From the NCBI RefSeq assembly GCF_006345805.1, contig NC_043003.1, forward strand, positions 52,824,001 through 52,888,000: DNA of 64,000 nt, written 5' to 3'. The stretch is from Octopus sinensis (lineage: Eukaryota). Shown here piece by piece: positions 59,780 through 64,000 of the stretch. Both the position numbers and the translations under genes were made by a program. How positions within the stretch are numbered: position 1 is the stretch's first letter; each line of letters starts with the position of its first letter. The notes below the pieces were generated by a model that was not told the DNA's origin, searched no databases, and worked only from the letters and a program-made list of their open reading frames with translations.

Positions 59780-61045
59780 CGAACAAACTCTGGGTGCCAA
59801 CCAAAACGAATTAGTAGTCTGTTCGGGAGGACTTTCCGGTCGGTAATTACCATGGATAATTTCCAGATGTTCTTCGCCTGGCAGTGCTAATGGGAGGCGC
59901 TACCGGTCCGAGATAAACTCTACAGGCACGGATGTGCTGTCAGACGGGCTTGTCCGAGTTGTGCGCAGAGTGACGAACCCGTTCTGCATTCACTCGTCTA
60001 ATGTCTGGCATTGCTGACTTGTGGGGTTATGTCTAACAGCTGCTGTCACGTGTAGGACGGATCTGTCTGTCGGCCGAGTCTGTAGTGATGATTGCCCGGC
60101 TGTCCTCCTTCAATCGGATAGGCAAGGCAGTTTTCGTTTGCCTTGTGGCTGTAGGGAAAGAGGTTGTTTGGTGGACAAGGCTGAAAGGCATGCGGACAGA
60201 TATATTCCTCTTTGAAAAGGAAATTGAGATTGGAGAGAGAAGTGCTGTGCTCCATTAAGTTTATTGAAAGGTGGGTGAAAGTTGCGAAAATGGCAAGAGT
60301 GGATGGTACCTCTCTAAGTGTACACCTCTGAATCGGAGAGGACACTTGCTCTTGATATTCAGGGAAATCTCGGGCAGTGGGGTTCCTCGATTATCCCTAG
60401 AAGCCTTCCTGTATCGAGAGGGCTACATCTCTATCATCCTCCTTACTTTTTGTCGTTAAACCCTTGTATAGACGTAGGAGTGGTTGTGTGGTAAGTAGCT
60501 TGCTTACCAGCCAAGAAGTTCTGGGTTCAGTCCCACTGCGTGGCACCTTGGGCAAGTGTCTTCTACTATAGCCTCGGGCTGACCAAATCCTTGTGAGTGG
60601 ATTTGGTTGACGAAAACTGAAAGAAGCCCGTCGTATATATGTATATGTATATATATATATAGATATATATATATATAATATATATATATATATATAATAT
60701 ATATATATGTATGTATGTATGTATGTATGAATGTATGTATGTATGTGTGTGTATATGTATGTGTGTCTATGTTTGTCCCCCCAACATCGCTTGACAACCG
60801 ATGCTGGTGTGTTTACGTCTCCGTAACTTAGCGGTTCGGCAAAAGAGACCGATAGAATAAGTACTAGGCTTACAAAGAATAACTCCTGAGGCCACAGTCA
60901 AATGACTGAAACAAGTAAAAGAGTAAAGAGTATACTATGCATATTTCCCTTCATTTTCATTGTACACCATGTATACTCACTTTTTTGTTACTCATTTTAT
61001 CATTTCATTATATGTAAACCCCCATACTTTATGTCTGTCTCTACA
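59780..61045 (+). mobile_element. Tx1/L1-like LINE 3' fragment, interrupted by SINE-A at 60475-60930
   Basis: WEALPVRDKLYRHG...CPSCAQSDE..LH (zf-RVT-like) and FVCLVAVGKEVVWWTRLKG. The 3' UTR resumes after the SINE. Confidence 0.72.
60475..60930 (+). mobile_element. SINE-A
   Basis: Head, internal microsatellite, body with a small deletion, and tail. Confidence 0.88.
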
Positions 61046-61066
61046 TTGTCCTTCTCATCCTTTATA

Positions 61067-61122
<56 letters not shown>

Positions 61123-61126
<4 letters not shown>

Positions 61127-64000
61127 TAGTTTTATTTTTATAGCGTGCTTTCACTTCACTACCGAGCGCAGCTCTGTGTGCCTTGGGTATGTGCTGTGAT
61201 TTGTTGTGATGCTCTGATGGTTATTGTATGGAAAGTGTTCTGCGTGGGATGTGTGCAGTGCCTAGTAGTGCAATTTTCTGTATGTTATATGTGTTTGTAA
61301 GTCCTGGTGTTTTTGTTATGTATTTGTCTGAATATTTTTTTATCATGCCTAATGCACCTACTATGATAGGGATTGTTTCTGTTTTTAGATTCCACATTCT
61401 GGTTACCTCTATTTCCAGGTCTTTGTATTTTGAAAGTTTCTCCATTTCTTTTAGAGACACGTTGTCATCTGCCGGTATTGATACATCAATTAGAGAACAT
61501 TTCTTTTTTCATGATCTCTGACAACTATATCTGGTCTGTTGGCCTTAATTTCTCTATCTGTGTGTATCGGCATATCCCAGAGTATGGCTGCTTTCTCGCT
61601 TTCTGTGACCTTTTCTGGTGTGTGCCTATACCATCTTTTTTCTGTTGTTATTCCATAATGTTGGCATAGCTTCCAGTGTATGTAGGTCCCAACTCTGTCA
61701 TGTCTGTGAATATATTCCTTCTCAGGCAGGACTGGGCAGCCAGAGATAATATGATTTATTGTTTCTTGTTCATCTCCGCATATTCTACAGTTACTTGTTA
61801 TATTTCTTTTCATTACATGTTTTTGGTAATTTCTGGTGGGGAGGTTTTGGTCTTGTGCTGCAATTAAAAATCCCTCTGTCTCTGCTTTGAGTCCTGAGCT
61901 TCTCAACCATTGCTGGGATTTTTCTTTGTCTATTTCTTTTGCAGTTAGTTTAGTCCAGTATTTACCATGAAGGGGCTTTTCTTGCCATCGTTTTATCATG
62001 GTTCTTTGCTGTTCTAGTTTTAGTTGGATTTCATTTTTTTATAGCTTTTGTTGTTTCTCTTCTTCTTCTTCTTTCTTCTTCTTCTTCTTCTTCTCTTCTT
62101 CTTCTTCTTCTTTCTTCTTCTTCTTCTTCTTCTTCTTCGTCTTCTTCTCTTCTTCTTCTTCTTCTTCTTCTTCTTCTTCTTCTTCTTCTTCTTCTTCTTC
62201 TATTTGTTAGGTGATATGATTTCTTGTTTGTATTTGTCAGCTTCCTTAAATACTGAGAACAGTTTTTTTTTTGTGTCGTGTTTTGCCGCTATTTGTATCA
62301 GTTTTCCTTCCTTCTGAAGTAATATTCTTGCAGTCCTATGGTGGTTATTTTATGTAGCTTTCCAGATGTATAAGGCCTCTACCACCTTCTATACGTTGTA
62401 TATATAGTCTTTCTATGTCAGATTTTGGGTGATGCATCCTAGATCCTGTCATTATTTTTCTTGTTTTCCTATCTATTTTAGTCAGTTCATTTAGTGTCCA
62501 GTTGAGGATATTGTAGCTGTAACTTATAACTGGGACAGCTAAAGTGTAATTAATACCTATTATCTTGTATTTAGCATTGAGCTCTGTCTTTAGGATTGAT
62601 CTAACTCGTCTATAATATTCTCTTTCGTTTGTGTGTGTTGTGTCTTATCTAGTTCATGGATTCCTAAGTATTTGTAAGTTTGACTTTGGTCTAATTCTTT
62701 TATTTCATTGTTTTATCTAGTGTGATGTTGCTACTCTTAACTAGTTTTCTTCTTTTCAGGGTTACTTTGGCGCATTTTTCTAATCCAAATTTCATATCTA
62801 TTTCTTTGGTAAATCCATGAACTGTCTTTAATAGTGTTTCCAGCTGTTTGTCATTTGCAGCGTATAGTTTTAGGTCATCCATATATAAAAGGTGGCTGAT
62901 CGTTTTGCCGTAACATTTATATCCGCATCCAGTTCTATTTAGCATATCAGATAGAGGTGACAGTGCCAAGCAGAAAAGGAGTGGAGAGAGCGTGTCTCCC
63001 TGGAATATTCCTCTTCTAATGGGGATGGCTTTGGTTTTCATGAGTCCCTCTTTTGTTTGGAGCTGTAGCACTGTTTGCCATTTATTCATAGAGTGTCCTA
63101 TGAATTTATAATTGTTGGTGCTACTTTGTTAATGGCTAGTGTTTCGAGAATCCATGTGTGGGGGATGCTATCAAACGCCTTTTTGTAGTCGATCCAGCCC
63201 ATACTGAGGCCTTTCTTCTTTCTGTGGCTGTCTTCAGTTATGGCTTTATTAATCATTAGTTGATCTTTACAGTCATATGAGCCTTTGCGGTATCCTTTCT
63301 GCTCTTCTGGAAACAGGTTGTTTTCGTCCAGGTGCTTGTTCAACCTTTGCGATATCACTGCAGTAAATGCCTTGTACATTGTAGGGAGACAGGTTATTGG
63401 TCTGTAGTTTTCTGGTTTTGCTGTCTCATTTGATTTGGGAATTAAGATGGTTTTCCCCTTCGTGAGCCATTCAGGCATTGTCTCTGGCTCTGCTAGTATG
63501 TTGTTAAAGTTTTCAGCCAGCTTTTTGTGCATTCCTGTTAGATATTTCAACCAGAAGTTGGGGATCTTGTCATGCCCAGGTGCCTTCCAGTTGCTTAGTC
63601 TTTGCAGTGCCTGGGTGACCTCTTCAGTTGTTATGGGGGTCCAAAGTTGCTCAGATGCTGAGTTTGTTGTTTTAATACTCCTTTTTTTTTGGTTGTTCGT
63701 TCGCAGACCATATTTCTCTCCAGAATTCTTCCACTTCCTCTGCCGTTGGTGCTGCAGTGATTTCTGTTTTATTTTTGCCAAGTTCTTGGTAGAAATTTTT
63801 GGGGTTGGAGTTGAACTTTTTGTTTTGTTCAAAGAAGCGCTGGCGTTTCTCGTACCGGCGGATCCTTTGTGCTTTGGCAAGGATATCTTACTTTAGTTTT
63901 TCTTTTATCTCAGGTAAATCTTTTTCTGTGATGTTGTATTTGCGGAGTATTTTTGTTTTCTTTTTGTTGCTCAGTAGCGTTGATTGTCTACTGATTTCAT
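61123..64000 (-). mobile_element. R4/Dong-like LINE (RT, CCHC, RLE) with (TAA)n tail; 5' part beyond the window
   Basis: NYRPITCLPTMYK, WIDYKKAFDSIPH, GIFQGDTLSPLLF, LLYMDDLKLY, CRICGDEQETINHIISGCP, RPDIVV and LEIEVTRMW. Several frameshifts and stops; tail at 61048-61122. Confidence 0.92.

Overview
AT-rich, microsatellite-dense eukaryotic DNA. The tRNA-headed SINE families and (TA)n/(TACA)n/(TAA)n tracts suggest an octopus (inference). The only host gene recognised is the 3' end of tryptophan 2,3-dioxygenase (TDO2/vermilion) on the + strand. It has a 91-nt coding exon (2303-2393), a 6.3-kb last intron and a terminal coding exon (8696-8873) followed by AATAAA. The rest is mostly decayed mobile DNA: CR1, RTE, Tx1/L1-like and R4/Dong-like LINEs, several SINE families, mariner/maT, hAT and pogo-type MITEs, Helitrons, and Penelope-like termini. 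Most ORFs in the supplied track are microsatellite artefacts. Best leads: (i) four canonical-core minimal hammerhead ribozyme motifs plus a two-copy family with an altered core; (ii) a SINE whose 3' tail matches the 3' UTR of a Tx1/L1-like LINE and which forms head-to-tail multimers with fixed junctions; (iii) two R4/Dong-like LINE families tied to different microsatellites (TACA vs TAA); (iv) an ~80-bp-arm hairpin inside a 1.31-kb tandem duplication; (v) a well-spaced GC-box/E-box/TATA/Inr core promoter candidate near 47.4 kb. No CRISPR array, rRNA or true tRNA gene was seen. All family assignments come from reading motifs by eye, not from database searches.
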